NCBI GenBank assembly: GCA_000708835.1
Contig: DF237190.1
Location: 1-64,000 of the forward strand
DNA: 64,000 nt
Reading direction: 5' to 3'
Source of the DNA: Klebsormidium nitens
Taxonomy: Eukaryota > Plantae > Klebsormidiophyceae
The position numbers and the translations under genes were made by a program. Below, one piece after another: positions 1 through 12,940 of the stretch; within the stretch, counting starts at the first letter, position 1; every line of letters starts with the position of its first letter. The notes beneath the pieces were generated by a model, which saw nothing but the letters and a program-made list of their open reading frames with translations, was not told the origin of the DNA and searched no databases.

Positions 1-800
1 GAGGAACTGGAAGGGGTCGGGCCCTGCGGGCCCGACCCCTTATCGCCTCCGGCGATGGCCGGCCCGACCCCCCGAATTTTCGCCAGTCGACATCCAAACC
101 GATCAGGCCCGGGCTCAATATTCTCGGGCCCGAAGACCATGATCGAGTCGACGGTGCTCGGCCCCGAGCCTGAGGGCCGACAGTATTCAAACGGTACCGG
201 CCAAACGCGAGCCCGGTCAGGTTCGGGTGGTCCGGGTCTTCAAATTCAGAAACTATAGTGCGAACACACTACGAGATACCGGCCAATTTCGCACACAGGG
301 GCCTTGAACACTGGTCGAGACCACCGGGACCCAGATCCCGATCATTTGGATGGTGCACGCTGTTACGGTACTGAGGCTACCGTACAGTACAGCTACGATA
401 CGGTATTTTAGTGCCTATAGTTAATGGCCGAAGGGGACGGCCCGTGTCCGGTCCTTGACAGGGATGTACCGGTAATACACTGGAGATTGAAAAACGGCCC
501 GAGACCCATCAGCTGCCATCAGCCGGACCTCCGGCTCACCGATCAGGCTGAAATTAAAAAAAACTTGAGTGGGTTACCCACAACCCGATGCCCCTTTGGT
601 TGCGACCCGACCCGACATTTGCCCAAGACCCCGACTGATTTTTGGCACCCTCGGCAGCTGCCAAATTTGCGCTATGTAACCAAGATGGAGGGCATTTGCC
701 CGAGCCCGATCGGGCTCGGGAGTCGGGTCGTCTCGGTCAAAGTGAAACCATTCCTTTTGACGGAAACACAACCCCCGGGCCCCGGGACGGAAGGTCACGT
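1..800. repeat. GC-rich hairpin/palindrome-rich repeat region, probably the subterminal part of a non-autonomous DNA transposon cut by the window edge
   Basis: Perfect 14-bp stem hairpin at 11-41 (aaggggtcgggccc-tgc-gggcccgacccctt). Perfect 22-bp palindrome at 699-720 (cccgagcccgatcgggctcggg). Many cccgac/gggcccg/accg motifs in both orientations. No credible ORF. The transposon identity is inference. Confidence 0.45.
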
Positions 801-1895
801 GCGGACTGTACGGTCAATGATGGTGCACCGTGCGCCCCGAAATTTTCAGATGTGACTGCCCGACAGTGCCCGTAACTTGTCGCGGTGCGGAATGTTCAAT
901 TTGGCACTGGCCACGCTCGCTTGCACCAAGATACATACCGGTAGCTCCCGGGCAATCAAACTAGAAACCCTAACCAAAACAATCACTCGCTCCGCACCCG
1001 CACTCACCCTAACCCCCAAACTAACCCCACCCGTCCCCCGGGTGCTTATCTTTGTGCAAGCTGCTCTTAGTGCAAGCTAGCCTTGCCAGACTCAACTGGT
1101 CGCGACTCGCTGGCGGGTTCGGCAATTCAAGTTCGTACCATACGTACAGCGCGTAACTTGCGCTCCTCGCCACTCGCTCGTGACCGTACAGCACTGGTCA
1201 GTGGTCGCCGTGCGGCGTGCTGACTCTGCTCAGTGCTGAGTGCCGGCCGAATGTCGACAAAAACCGCGTCTCAGTGCGTCAGTGTTGTCAGTATTTTCTG
1301 GACAGACGTGTACAATGATCAATCGATGTCAGGATATTTAAGTCCTGTGATTGTCAGGACCCGGCTATTTGGTACTACTATAGACTATAGTAGTACCAAT
1401 GCAAGTACCGGTAATATTACCTACTAGGTATTGACCGCGTGGTCGAAGAGTGAGCAGGCTTGAATGTTACGGTAGTTTGGTGGTTGTATCTTACTTTCCT
1501 ACCCAGGTATCTGATGACTCATAGAGAGTTATACTAGGTAATAGACTTGACTTTCAATCTCAAGTGCTACACGTGGGTTTCCTTGGCAGCATGAAGCTGT
1601 GAAGCTAGCATGCCAGCCATGCAACAGCTCACGGAATTCATGCATAGCCATATATGTAATCTTAAACACGTACACTGCTGTACAGCTGGTCAAACACTTT
1701 GACCAAAACCCAACTACAACATAAGGGGAAGTCTGGCGTCAGATGAGGGGAAGACATTGAAGGTGCCGCCTACAGAAGTGCAGGGGCGATAGTATTTAGC
1801 CGCTGCTATATCGCGCCCGCCATTTTCCGCTCAGAAGTTGCTAGGCTGGGGCCCGAGAGAATTGTACTCACTGTTTTCTAGGCTCTGCTGTTGCC

Positions 1896-4110
1896 ATGGA
1901 GGGGCGACTGAGCTGGCGACTGCAAGCCACAGCTTCTAACCTTTTGCTCCTGATCATTACAGTGATGACTTTCTACAATTTTCCTTGCCCTTGCCTGGCC
2001 ATCCCTGCTGGGGTTCCCAGCCACCTCTTAACCGACAATTGCACAGTGGCAAACGTTGAATACTATACTGCGCAGCCGCCTGGGAGCTTCTATTTCTATG
2101 ATGGGACCCTGGACACCTACTGCTACGACAAAAATAGAAAAGATCCCCCAACTTCTGGATGGAAAGTATGCGGAGTGGGTGCTGCGCCCGCTTGCACAAC
2201 TGCAAACGCCCCTTCTGGCACCAGGACAGAGGCGTGCAAGATCGGCTACTACCCATCATCTGTTGAATTCGATGCTTGCCAAAGATCAGTGAGGATGTTT
2301 TTTGTCAACTACGATCTCGACTGCGATCGGGTGGTAATTTGCGAGTACTTCAATGGCCCGGTCGTGGCCACAACGGGGACCACAGCTCCACTAGCAACCG
2401 TGGGGTCACCTCCAGCGGTCACTCTGCCACCGACGTTGCCCACTGTGCCTCCGGCCCCGGTGTTGCCTCCATCCCCCTCTCTGCTCCCAAAGGCGGACGA
2501 TGTTGTGGTGATGTCACTTTATGCTGTGGGATCTGTGCAGTATTCCTGCATTAAGGGTGAGGCCTTGGTAGCGCTGCAATCCTTGGTATTAAGCAAAAGA
2601 ACGAACAATGGGTGCCCTGTATGCTTTGCATTTGTTTTGGGAGGAGTCGTCATGCCAAGAAAGCTTTGTAGGAGTTCGTGACATATAAGCGTACCTTGCA
2701 GCACTGTCTGGAGTCTGACTGGCTGGCAAGCTATTAAGCATGTCAGGCAGCAACCAATGAGGGTTGTGCAATCCCAGTTGACTGAATGGTTGTCTCTGAT
2801 TTCCGCTGTAAAGTCACCAGCCAAATTTGAGTTAGGGATCCGGCTGTCAGGCCCGCAAACCGAGCAAGAACCTCATGCAACCTAGTTTCAGAACCTTCAG
2901 TATGCATAAGTATCCCATTGGACATGATTGCCGCACCTTCTCAAAAAATCACCAGGTTTGCCAAGGAGCTCTTCTGAGCTTTTTGGTGATTACTGGCGGC
3001 CTAGGCTATTACATTCTGGTTTGTTCGAATAGATTGACTAAAGCACACACAAACCATATTGTGGTTTGCACTGAAGGTCTCCAGCAAGAAATCTCTTGCC
3101 TCTGTGATTCCGTTGGCAGGATCGAGGTTGCTAGTAAAAGTATTGTATATGGGTTGAAAGCACTTAATTTTTCAACATTTTTTGGGCATAACACACCTGA
3201 TCCGGTACCAATCTGAATGGCCGAGATATGGGAGTTGTGTCGCTCATTAACCTTTCTATATCTTGGCAGCGTCCGGCCTGTTCTCCAACATGACCATCAG
3301 CGCCAATCTGTACGCAACACCATTGGCGAATGCATCTACTGGCACATACTCGAAGGCCGACGGTTCGCAGGTCTTCAATTTGGCAGATGGAAGCAGGGCC
3401 CTGGTCGGTCCCAGGGACATTGGCAACTCCTACGCCCAAAATCCAAATGTTCAACTGGATGGTGAGAGCTAGGGCTGGGCCGTTTGTTGACTGATTCAGG
3501 TGGTGACAGAGTGGCTGGTTTTAACAGACCGAAATCCGAGTCTTTATTGGGTAAGGACAAAACTGGACGAGCGGCCTGCTTTTGATTCAATTGTCAAGGG
3601 GTGGGTCTTGGAGCCATTCTTGAGTATCAAATGGCAGCATCATTGTGCAACCCAACGAGACCATAAACCTGTGTAGCAATCATCTCAGCTTGACTCGCGG
3701 CGGAGGCCCGTAGAACTGACAGGACGCAGGAAATAGTAATCGTAAGATCTTTCTCAGTCAAAGATTTTTTCCATGCACTATCATGCCCGGCCAAATCACC
3801 TCATCAAAAAGATGACTCGACCCCTGCATAAACAGCTACGTTGTCCTTGAGCAAGCTTAATGACCATCAATGCATGTGCCTTTCTCTGCCAGGTGGGTAT
3901 GGATCCTTGAATCAGAGTTACTCGACGGCCACTGGGAATCTCAGCCTCGCTAGTGTTTCTTACGTCACCGTTACAGCGACGATCGGGGGCGTTCTCCCAA
4001 GCAAGGCCCCGTGCACCAAGGTGCCCGAGTCAGTGATTTTGTATCCCCCTTGGTCAATCCCGTTCGAAGCTAACATCACCTTTCTGAGCAGGTTTACCCC
4101 ACCAGTCTAA
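1896..4110 (+). CDS. Secreted protein: signal peptide, 8-Cys domain, Pro-rich linker, C-terminal DUF3455-like domain (3 exons)
   Basis: Exons 1896-2556, 3270-3461, 3893-4110 have GT-AG ends and consistent phase. Hydrophobic N-terminus (LLLLIITVMTF). The C-terminal part resembles DUF3455 by eye: SLYAVGSVQYSC ... DGS ... VSYVTVTATIGGVLPSKAPC ... IPFEANITF. Confidence 0.7.
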
Positions 4111-6780
4111 TCTAGCAGATTCTATACTTCAACGCCATGTTGTGAACCGTGAAGTATGGAAATTCCAGACGGCATCTGAGAGCAGAACCTGTAAAATGGT
4201 GGAATTGTCGAGCTTTACTGCCATGGGTAGCAAGAGGCGCCCACAGCTAGCGCAATCAGCCTGGCTGTCTGAATCAACTTTGGGCCAGGTTTACGTCTTC
4301 AGACCGTACTTGGGAACGTCCTAGCTCTTGGAACTTCGTCACTGCTTCAACATCTTAATAAGCCTGAAACTAAGCGATCAGCAGACCCATACTTCATGCC
4401 CATCCGTTTGCAATGTCGCAGGAATTCGGTTGCCAAGGCTAGCCTGAGCCTGCTATGGATATCATGGAGAACTGCTGTCATGTGGATTAGAGATTGCGAC
4501 TTTCCATGCCATCATGAACTTCAGCCGATTGCAAGCTTTAGAAATCACTGGCGCAGCCAAGAAAGTGTTTGTGTTACTACGATAGCGTCAATCAAGTCAA
4601 TTTGGGTGCATATTGTACTATTCCAAGCCTGAAAAGTAGGTGCTAGACGCTGAAAACTGGATGCTCACAAAGAGCTGTCTTTTGCGAGGCTACCACAGTG
4701 AATTTCTGACGTCCCGCGGACGTGTCTCTAGGACTAATATGTAACTCATTCGGGTCGACTATCTTGTGTAATCGCGTCTGGCGGCCTGATTTGCCGTTTC
4801 GTATGGACGCCCACTATCGTCCAATAGTTTTCCCGCCTGAGTCTCATCCTCAAGGTCCAAGTTTCGCAGAAAGAACGCGCGCCTGCGCGCCATATGCATC
4901 TGCGGGGAACTTCGGGAACCTCCTACCCGCTTCAATGGGACACTTCTCTCGATTTTGAACACCGGCTGAGAATCGACCCCTGTTGGATTCTAGGCGTCGG
5001 TCCTTCTATCGACCTCGTTCTTAGGGGCAGACCATTCTGCAAAGGGTCGTGCTCCGTGACAGCGCAACTTTCCTCGACAAGAATCAAAACGCGGTCCCAA
5101 GAGGCGCCGAGCGCGGCGCTTGCTGGCGGCGCCCTTAGACCATCAAGCAGGCTTTCTGAATGACATAAACAGTACACCATGAATGACGTTAGCCGGTACA
5201 TGTGACCGCATTGAGATTATTTTAGATGCTCATTTTAGATACTCTTTATAAGAATCAGGGCCCCAGTGCCAGCCGGTCAATAAGTCGGGGAAGGGATCTG
5301 GCCACTACTGACGTAGTTTCTGGCAGCTTGCGCAGCGCTTAATGCTCGATCGTGAAAACCGACGTACACGACAACCATTCTCAGCCCTGCACGTCTTTTT
5401 CTTTTCCCGTTCGTGGGCATCTTCACCGTGATGCATCATCTGATTCAGTGCTGAAATGAAGCTGGAAAAGTCATTGGGAAGTCTCAAGGCCGCACGCCTC
5501 CCACACAAGATGCGGTTTTGCGTGTGGGGTCTCTTTCCTGTCCTCCCCACATGTTCCTGTTTTTGCCGCTGAAAGTTACGCGGACTTCAAAAAATGAGGC
5601 TCTGATCGGATCGATCGTAGAAGGGCAGGTTCCAACTAATGTGATTGACGGGCCGAGAACACTCCCTGATGCGACTCATCCGCTTTCATCTCGGTGTCTC
5701 AAAGGAATGAACCACTGAACGAACAAAGAGGCGAAAGGACTCTCATAAGACTCATCCAGTGAACGTGGCCCGTTCCTCGGGCGCCCATCTCAATTGAGAG
5801 GCTTCTAAACCGAACCTGGAGTTACCAGAGACATCAGGTCGTCAAAATTCCTTGGAAATCTTTCTCAGCTTAGCTTTCTGATGCAGGAGCTGGACCTTAT
5901 GAAAGAGGCAAAAACTCAAAACGAGGGCTATCCCCGAGGGGTCGACAGGGCCTTACGACGCTTTCACTGGTGGGAGTGTGAAAGCGCACCGGATATCTGC
6001 CTTTACGTGGATCGAAACATCCGCATCTCGCTCTGGCCAATGCTACGCATATCGTGCATCTGCTCGTGAGCCGCAACGCATTCATGGGCCTTTTCTGAAA
6101 TGACGAGACTCATTTGTTTGTATCCAGATGACGAGAATCATTCCCTCTTTCCGGAGAACCAAAATCCCCACATGAGGAGAAGAATCTCCCTGTTTCCAAA
6201 GGACGGGAACCGTTTCCTTGTGATCGAACTAAATACCGCTTCATCTTGGCGTTCATCAGAAGAGTGGTCTTGCAACTTGCACCCGGTGCTCCTTGTTTCA
6301 GAAAGAGGTTGCACTTGAGGTTGCACTTGACATTCTGTCGCTTTGGCTCTCTCACAAGGTCCGTGGTCAGATAGATGCAAACCCCCTCGTTTGCTCGTGT
6401 AGACGGCAAACGGTGTGAAGATTCAGATCCAACAAACGGGCGGACGGATCAGGAGCTTGCCAGAGTGAGTGTGAAAATCCTGGTCGACAAGCCCTTCAGG
6501 TCCTAGCACTGCGGGTTGTTGTTTGAGCCCGGAAACTTCCAGTCACTGGACTCTGGCCGTGAATTTCTTTGAAGCTCTCCGTTTGTCGTTGCTGGGAAGG
6601 TTCTGGAACGCATCGTGTGAGGCTCGCTTGAGTTGACGCGGTTAGAGATCGGACAAACGAAGTGCTGAGGAGCAACCTAGCAATTTCGGTAGCTCTGTGC
6701 AGTCCAGAAGAATTCTGGAGAAAGACGCGGCGGGTGCCGGGCCCTCAGCCTTGCGAGATCCTGGTGAGGGATCCCATACT

Positions 6781-6815
6781 CGACTTGTGACTTGTGACTT
6801 GTGACTAGTGACTTT
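6781..6815. repeat. Short tandem repeat (gacttgt)n, about 4 copies
   Basis: cgacttgtgacttgtgacttgtgactagtgact is read directly from the sequence. Confidence 0.8.
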
Positions 6816-8287
6816 CTAAAGAAATTCAAATGCATGGAACGTCAACGCCCGAAGGGTTCTGCTTTCGAACGTTGTACCCGTTGATTCTCTCTGGGCTAGA
6901 TCTGTGGACCACGTTATTGTGAAGGTCTGGTCCTGTGCAAGAAGTGTTTCTTATGTTCATCTCTTCGCAACTCCACTAACGTCTGCACTCATTGCACGAC
7001 AAGCTGCCTCATACTCGTTTCGGACGTGACAGCTGCTCTCACATCTTGCATGTGTTGGTCGAGATGATCCAAAGGCCCCTTGTATGAGGCCTTTAGGGGA
7101 CACCGCATTCGTTGTCATCTAGACATTGACTCGGTCGTGGATGCTTGCACCATTCCGCAAACGAGCATTCCGTCCGCGCATATCACGGAGTCCATCCGCG
7201 TACTTTCTGACATCAGCAGCCTGATTGCGTCCGCAGATGAACCGGTCAGCCAATGCTGTGGCTTCCCGCCGCGAGCAGAAAGACTCACCCGCCGTTGAAA
7301 CATTGGGACTTTGGAACGTGCTGACGTCAATATGGCGAGGGTTTAGCCCATGGGACGTGAGTGAGAGCCGGGACGAGGGCCATTGCCTAGTTATCCCCTT
7401 GGAGCAAGATGCAAAAGCAGAAACACAAGCTGTACGTGCGGCTCGAGGAGGACAGGGGCTCCCGTTGCCAGCGCCGAGGCTGCCAGAGCGCTAGAGACGA
7501 CGCTGGCGCAAGAAGCCTTGGGGGTACAGGCCGGTACTAGGCCGGAACCCAGTTGTGTCGTTCCATAATTAAGCATGCAACGCCATCCATTTGCGTGCAG
7601 TTTGATCTGGATAACTAGTGTAATGTCTAGCTGAGCAACATGATTATCATAGTATGCCGGTTCAAGTGGCAAATTTTCGATCGGATCGAAGCCTGCTCCT
7701 CTTGTGATCATTCGACTCGAGATTACTGATACGCGGCGCGCTCGATCCATCTTGATTCGATCTTTTCTTGACCGTGGTCCATCCCCAAAGAAGATTGAAC
7801 CCAGTCGTGAAGACTTCGCGTTGGTGCCACTTAGGGAGTCGTGGCCCTACATGTGCTATAAATGATTACACCATCTAGGCTAGCAATGAACGGCAGACGC
7901 AATTTGAATTCAGCTGAGCTGAGCTACATCGTCGTATTAAATCACATATGCAGACCTAGTATATAGATAACTCAAAGAGACATATAAGTGCGCATGCAGA
8001 CCCACTATGGAGATTGCGGTCTTTCCTTCGGGGTCAGATACAACCCACTTGATCGAACCGTGATCAAGCAGTTCTTCGGGCACTGAAGTGCGGAAGTACG
8101 ACAATCGCTAGGATCACTCGGATCGTACGAAATTCAAGGGCAACGCAAGGCCAGAGTCGCGCCAAATTCTGGTCTCAAAAAAGCCCACAATAAGCTTGCC
8201 TCCTTCCAAACAGCTGCCGATTCCAAGTTCAGCAGGACCTCATTACGTACTTTACACACAGTCCTAGAATCATGTTCGAAACAAGTC

Positions 8288-11200
8288 TCATTGTATAGCC
8301 GCCCCAAGTACGTTGTTGATCTCGCCTATGATATTGACAGGCCGCCCGTTATACTGCTGCGAGAGCACCTGTTCCGACTCGTGTTTGATCTGCTTGACCC
8401 GGAAGACTAGCGCTTTCTCAGCTGGCCACGTGGCTGCTAGAGTGCTCCGCAGCTGCAAGAAGGAAAGGGTTGCTTACCATCAGAAAACAGTGGACCGTTT
8501 CTGACTGTCTTTAATACTTTTCGGGCTTGTAAGCAAAGGACCACATCTGGGTTATGAATGCGGGGAGTCGAGTAGCTCACAATTTGCATCATTATTAGCG
8601 AGTGCTTTCTAGCTGTGAAAGCATTGGAGGTGTAGACTTTGCATCCTTCCAAGCCCCTTCCCCCAGAACAAAAGCGCGCCTTTCGAGTTTTGAATTTTCT
8701 TATTTGACTTACTACGATCGCTTTTGCCATGAAGCCTCATCAAAAGACCCACAGTTCCGCAAAAGCGAGACGTGCCAAACCTACTTCTTATGGAATCTCC
8801 AGACAAGCATCGGCCGAAAAGATAGGTCTGTGAGGTCAGGCGATCGGAGCCAACTAAGAATCATCTGCAATTGCAAGAGCGCTTTCAACATTTCTGGGTG
8901 CCGCAGTCCGCAGGAAACCGCTAGTAACGGAGTAGCAGTTCCCGTCCTCTTGGCTCGAAGTAGCTGCCCCCAAAAGCTTTGTTGGTAAAAGAAAATATCA
9001 ACATTGGGACCGACAACAGCGAGCCGTCTTCTCACCTCGAGGCGTTTCCGGTCCACGTCAGCAATGCTTTCCAGGGACTTCTTCTCCTGGGCGCGCCGCT
9101 GGTGCAGGGACGACTGCACCCGTTCCAACAGCCTGCGAAAGGGGGGGTAGATATTGAGGGACAACTAGGGGGGGTGCAACGGCGGCTCTTTCACGGGGGT
9201 ATCCTGTGTGACGAACAGCCCAGACTCTCGAACACCCCTGCATGAAAACCTCGACCAGACCTCAGATTTCAGCCGAGAAATCTCTACTTAGATGATCCCG
9301 TGAATGTTCATCTCCTAGCCGAACACAATAACGGTGCGCTACAGGATACGATCACGAGTCTCGAAGAGCACGCGGAGACTGGATCCTCAAACCCTTAAAC
9401 CCTCAAAACTAGAAGAAACCTGCGATCTAGTACTGCAAAAGCTGGAGACCTCACTTGGGTGAGTGCGTAATCATGATGAGGTCCCGCGTCCGGCGGTTCG
9501 TCAGCAGCCCGATCGCCTCAGCCACGTGGGTCTCCATTGCCCTCACAGAGTCCACGGTTGCTTGCTGGAGTGAAGTGGCGGCGGACACCGCGAGCTGCCC
9601 CGCCTGGGACTCCATTTCGCTAACCCGCTGGGTTAAAAAGGCGCGCAACTGCAAGGCAGGGGTAAAGGGTAAGGAAGAGGGCAACGCGTCCGGAATTGTA
9701 GACAAGCACTGGGTTTCTGAAGCGTGCAATTGGATGAAGGAGGGGGCAGAAAACTGAAGGAAAGGATGCGCTGAACCTCTAAAAACTGAGCAAAAAGGCG
9801 GTCGCACTGGGCACTGGATCTGTGCAAGAGAAGTTCCTTACGTCTCTCCAGAGAAGGCTCTTCCGAGGACGCGGTAGTTTGCAGCAATCATTAGATCGCA
9901 TCCAAACGGCATCCTAAAAATAAATTTGGTCCTGACGCACCTCGAAAAGGTCGTCCAGCAGAGCCCTCCTGAAGTCAGCTTTCGACAGCGGATGCTCCAC
10001 GCCCGCCCCCTTCTCTTCCCGCGTTTCCAACCCCCCATTCGCATTACTTTCTCCGCCAATGTCCCAATCGATTTCCGCTGGGCTATTCGCCTCCGCCGCT
10101 TCCGTCAAATCGATGTCCCAATTGATCGTAGGCCCACTCCCGGCCGTCGGATCGGCTCCATCTGACGGCTCAGGAACCTGCACGTCCCAATCGATCTGTG
10201 GTGCCCCTGACGCTTCCTCGATTCCTAGCGCCGATATGTCAATCCCCCAGTCGATCCCAGGGGGCGCATCTGCCCGGTTTTCACTACCCCCTTCTGCGTC
10301 ACCACTGGCCTCTGCCAAGTCTACGTCCCAGTTTATCCCTGGGGGTGCAGCGTCGGGCTGTTCCTGACCCCCTGAAACGTCGACGTCCCAGTTGATTGAC
10401 GCAGGAGCTTCGGCGAGGGTGGTCTCGGAGGCGTCGATGCCCCAGTCGATCGTCGGGGGGACGGGCGACTCGCTGGGGCTTGCAGCGGTCTTGGCTGACG
10501 TGTCTTGCACGGTCTTAAGGGTGACGTCATCTGCGAGCGTTTCTGGAGGGCTGGCTCTCAAGCCCGAGAGCGTGGGGAGGATGAGCCCGGCGGTCTCCTG
10601 AGAGAGTGAAAGGAACAGCTGTCAGACTGGCGCCACGTGGTCTGTGTCGAACAGATTTTGATATTTTGTGCAAAAAGGAAGGAAGGAACAGATGGGTGCA
10701 CATAGGACTATGCAGACTGTCCGCTTCACAAGCTCTGGCCTTAAGAACGGAGACATGTTTGATAGGCCCGTTGACTTATTGTGCATTGTCTAATTTGACC
10801 TGCGCTAGGTCAAGGTTCCAGTGGACAGGCATACCTATACCTGCGTGTTGCCTTGGAAAATTTGGACTTGTCTGATATAAAGACGCGAGGAGGAGGAAGC
10901 AACACGTTCGAACTTTCCAGCTGTAAGAATGCATAAATAGACTGATTTCCGCAGAAACCCTGACACCTGCGAATGGAGTACTCAAGCTTCATTATTGGAA
11001 GACCGAATAACTTGTAACATCGACAGCTCAAGCGGCAATAAGGCCGAGTGCACCTCTGACTTGGCAACCCAAAGGTTTGCGAAACCTCATGCTGCACTGG
11101 AACTTGGAGAACCTCAGGTTGTTTAGAAAAGCCAACTGTTGGGACGCAGCTTGGAAGAGGTTTCTATTACCTGCCCCGATAGGAATTGCGTGTCTACTCA

Positions 11201-12940
11201 GGAACGCCTCCAAAGTTGGCATTAGTCAGTTGTAAGTTTGGCCGAACAACTTCCTGTAGAGGTGTGCGTTCACTTACAGTCGTTGCTAAGCAAGACTGAT
11301 GCAGAGAAGGAATCATTTATGGGAGGGAAGAGAGCGCACCTCAGATTCAGTATGTGCATACTTTACAAACGCCTGGTAGAATTCCCCGGCCTCCCCTAGC
11401 TCCTGGGAGCACAGCTTAGAGACCACCCGGTTGAAGACCCCGGGGAGGTGACGGGCGAGACCAAGCAGCTCGGATCGAACGTCAGTACCCTGGCAAAAAG
11501 AAGACAGGGTAGCTTTGATGTCCTCCTCAAACAGCGTCCAAGAAGCATTTCGAGGTTGCAAACGACTGCTCCTGTAGAAGCAAAATAGGACAAGGTACCT
11601 CTTGTCTTTCCCAAGTGACGTCAAGGAAAAAGAGCTGAGTACATTGTAGGCGATCACCAGAAGGTAGAAAGAGGTTACTGCATCTGTCAGGAGAATGATT
11701 GTTAAGAGCCTTCCTAGACGGCACATCTGATCGTCCTTCAAAGGCAACAAAGAGCAGTCGTAGAGTGTCGTGCACTGACAACTGATTGACGTTGTCAAAG
11801 ACTCAAGCCCTGAAAGATGCATAAGCGACTCATCGCCCGACACGACGCTCAACATGTGACCAAACTCACCAAAAAGCGCACTTAAAGTCCCAACACCAAG
11901 AGATACCACACATCCTACATAGAATCCTGCCGCAATCACATAACCTGCCACAAATCCCCCGAATATCTGGGCACAATGCTGAGAATCAGAACCGCGAGAC
12001 CCTTACCTGGATTCCCAGCTCTTCGCACGCCTGCTTGTACCGCTGCGCGGATACGCCCGCGTTCTTCCGGAACTCCGCCTCCTTCTTGTCGAGGTCCGCC
12101 AGCTGCTGCTGCCACCTGGCGATCTGCTTCCTCTGGAACGGAACCTCGTAGTTAACCAGCCTAACCAGGTCCAGCGCCGCCTCCCCCAGAAACAGGGCCC
12201 CTTTCTCATACGCTTGTACGACCGCGTCCCACTGGCCGGCGGCCCCCGAGAGGCGCCCAAAAAGGCCGCGCGTTTCAGGGTTGAGCTCCGCGAGGGTGTC
12301 ACGCACGTGTTTGACCTCCAGGTAACCCGTGGTTTCGGAGGAGAGGTTAAGGAACGAGGGGTCCAGGGTTTTGGGGAGGGCCGTCAGAGCGGCGTCACGG
12401 AGATGATGTACTGCAGACAGCTTCTTGCGCCAGTCGGAGGGGACCCTTTTGCGGTCGACCAGCCAGTCTGCAGGGAGGGTGGGGCTGAGGGGGTGAACTG
12501 CGTGTTAGCAGACTGCCAGCGCCTCAGCGCCTTCAAGTTGTGGTCTTGATGCAATCAGAGGCACATGGGATTACTACCAGGCGGTGAAGGCCATAGAGAG
12601 GCTAGCAAGCTATTTTTGCGAACAAAACCACAGAAAGCTGAGTTCGATAGAACTCTGGCAATGAAAGACTCTACAGTGGTCTAAGCGCTCAGCTGTCAAA
12701 TGATACAGAGGACCAGAACAGCGCAACAACGCAGATCAAGGTGACACTGCATTGCAGACGAGGGCTACATTTTTCAGGACTTCTGCAACTAGACACGGAC
12801 GCTACAATTTTCAGATTGACAATGCTGCAGCACCTACCGGCGAGCTTGGAGTAGTTGATGTCGATGGGGAGCTCTTGTTCAGCCTGTTTGCTCGCGGACC
12901 CAGGAGCCTCGGACAACTTCTGAATCAGCGCAGCCGCCAT
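8288..12940 (-). CDS. CDK5RAP3: CDK5RAP3/C53 (ER-phagy receptor, UFMylation adaptor), 7 exons, about 608 aa
   Basis: Exons 12838-12940, 12007-12467, 11340-11489, 9941-10597, 9455-9648, 9036-9132, 8288-8452 sum to 1827 nt in frame. N-terminal ELPIDINYSKLADWLVDRKRVP, central I[DN]W[DG] motifs, C-terminal GRPVNIIGEINNVL. Confidence 0.95.

Noticed and set aside
5250-5305. gtgccagcc / taagtcgggg snippets reminiscent of rRNA conserved motifs
   Set aside because: Matches are only 8-10 nt with no continuing similarity; consistent with chance.
4680-7800. Several protein-like short ORFs on both strands (e.g. 4759-4962 -, 7080-7298 +, 7391-7750 -)
   Set aside because: I could not chain them into a phase-consistent gene or find any motif. 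They may be decayed coding or transposon sequence, but this is unsupported.
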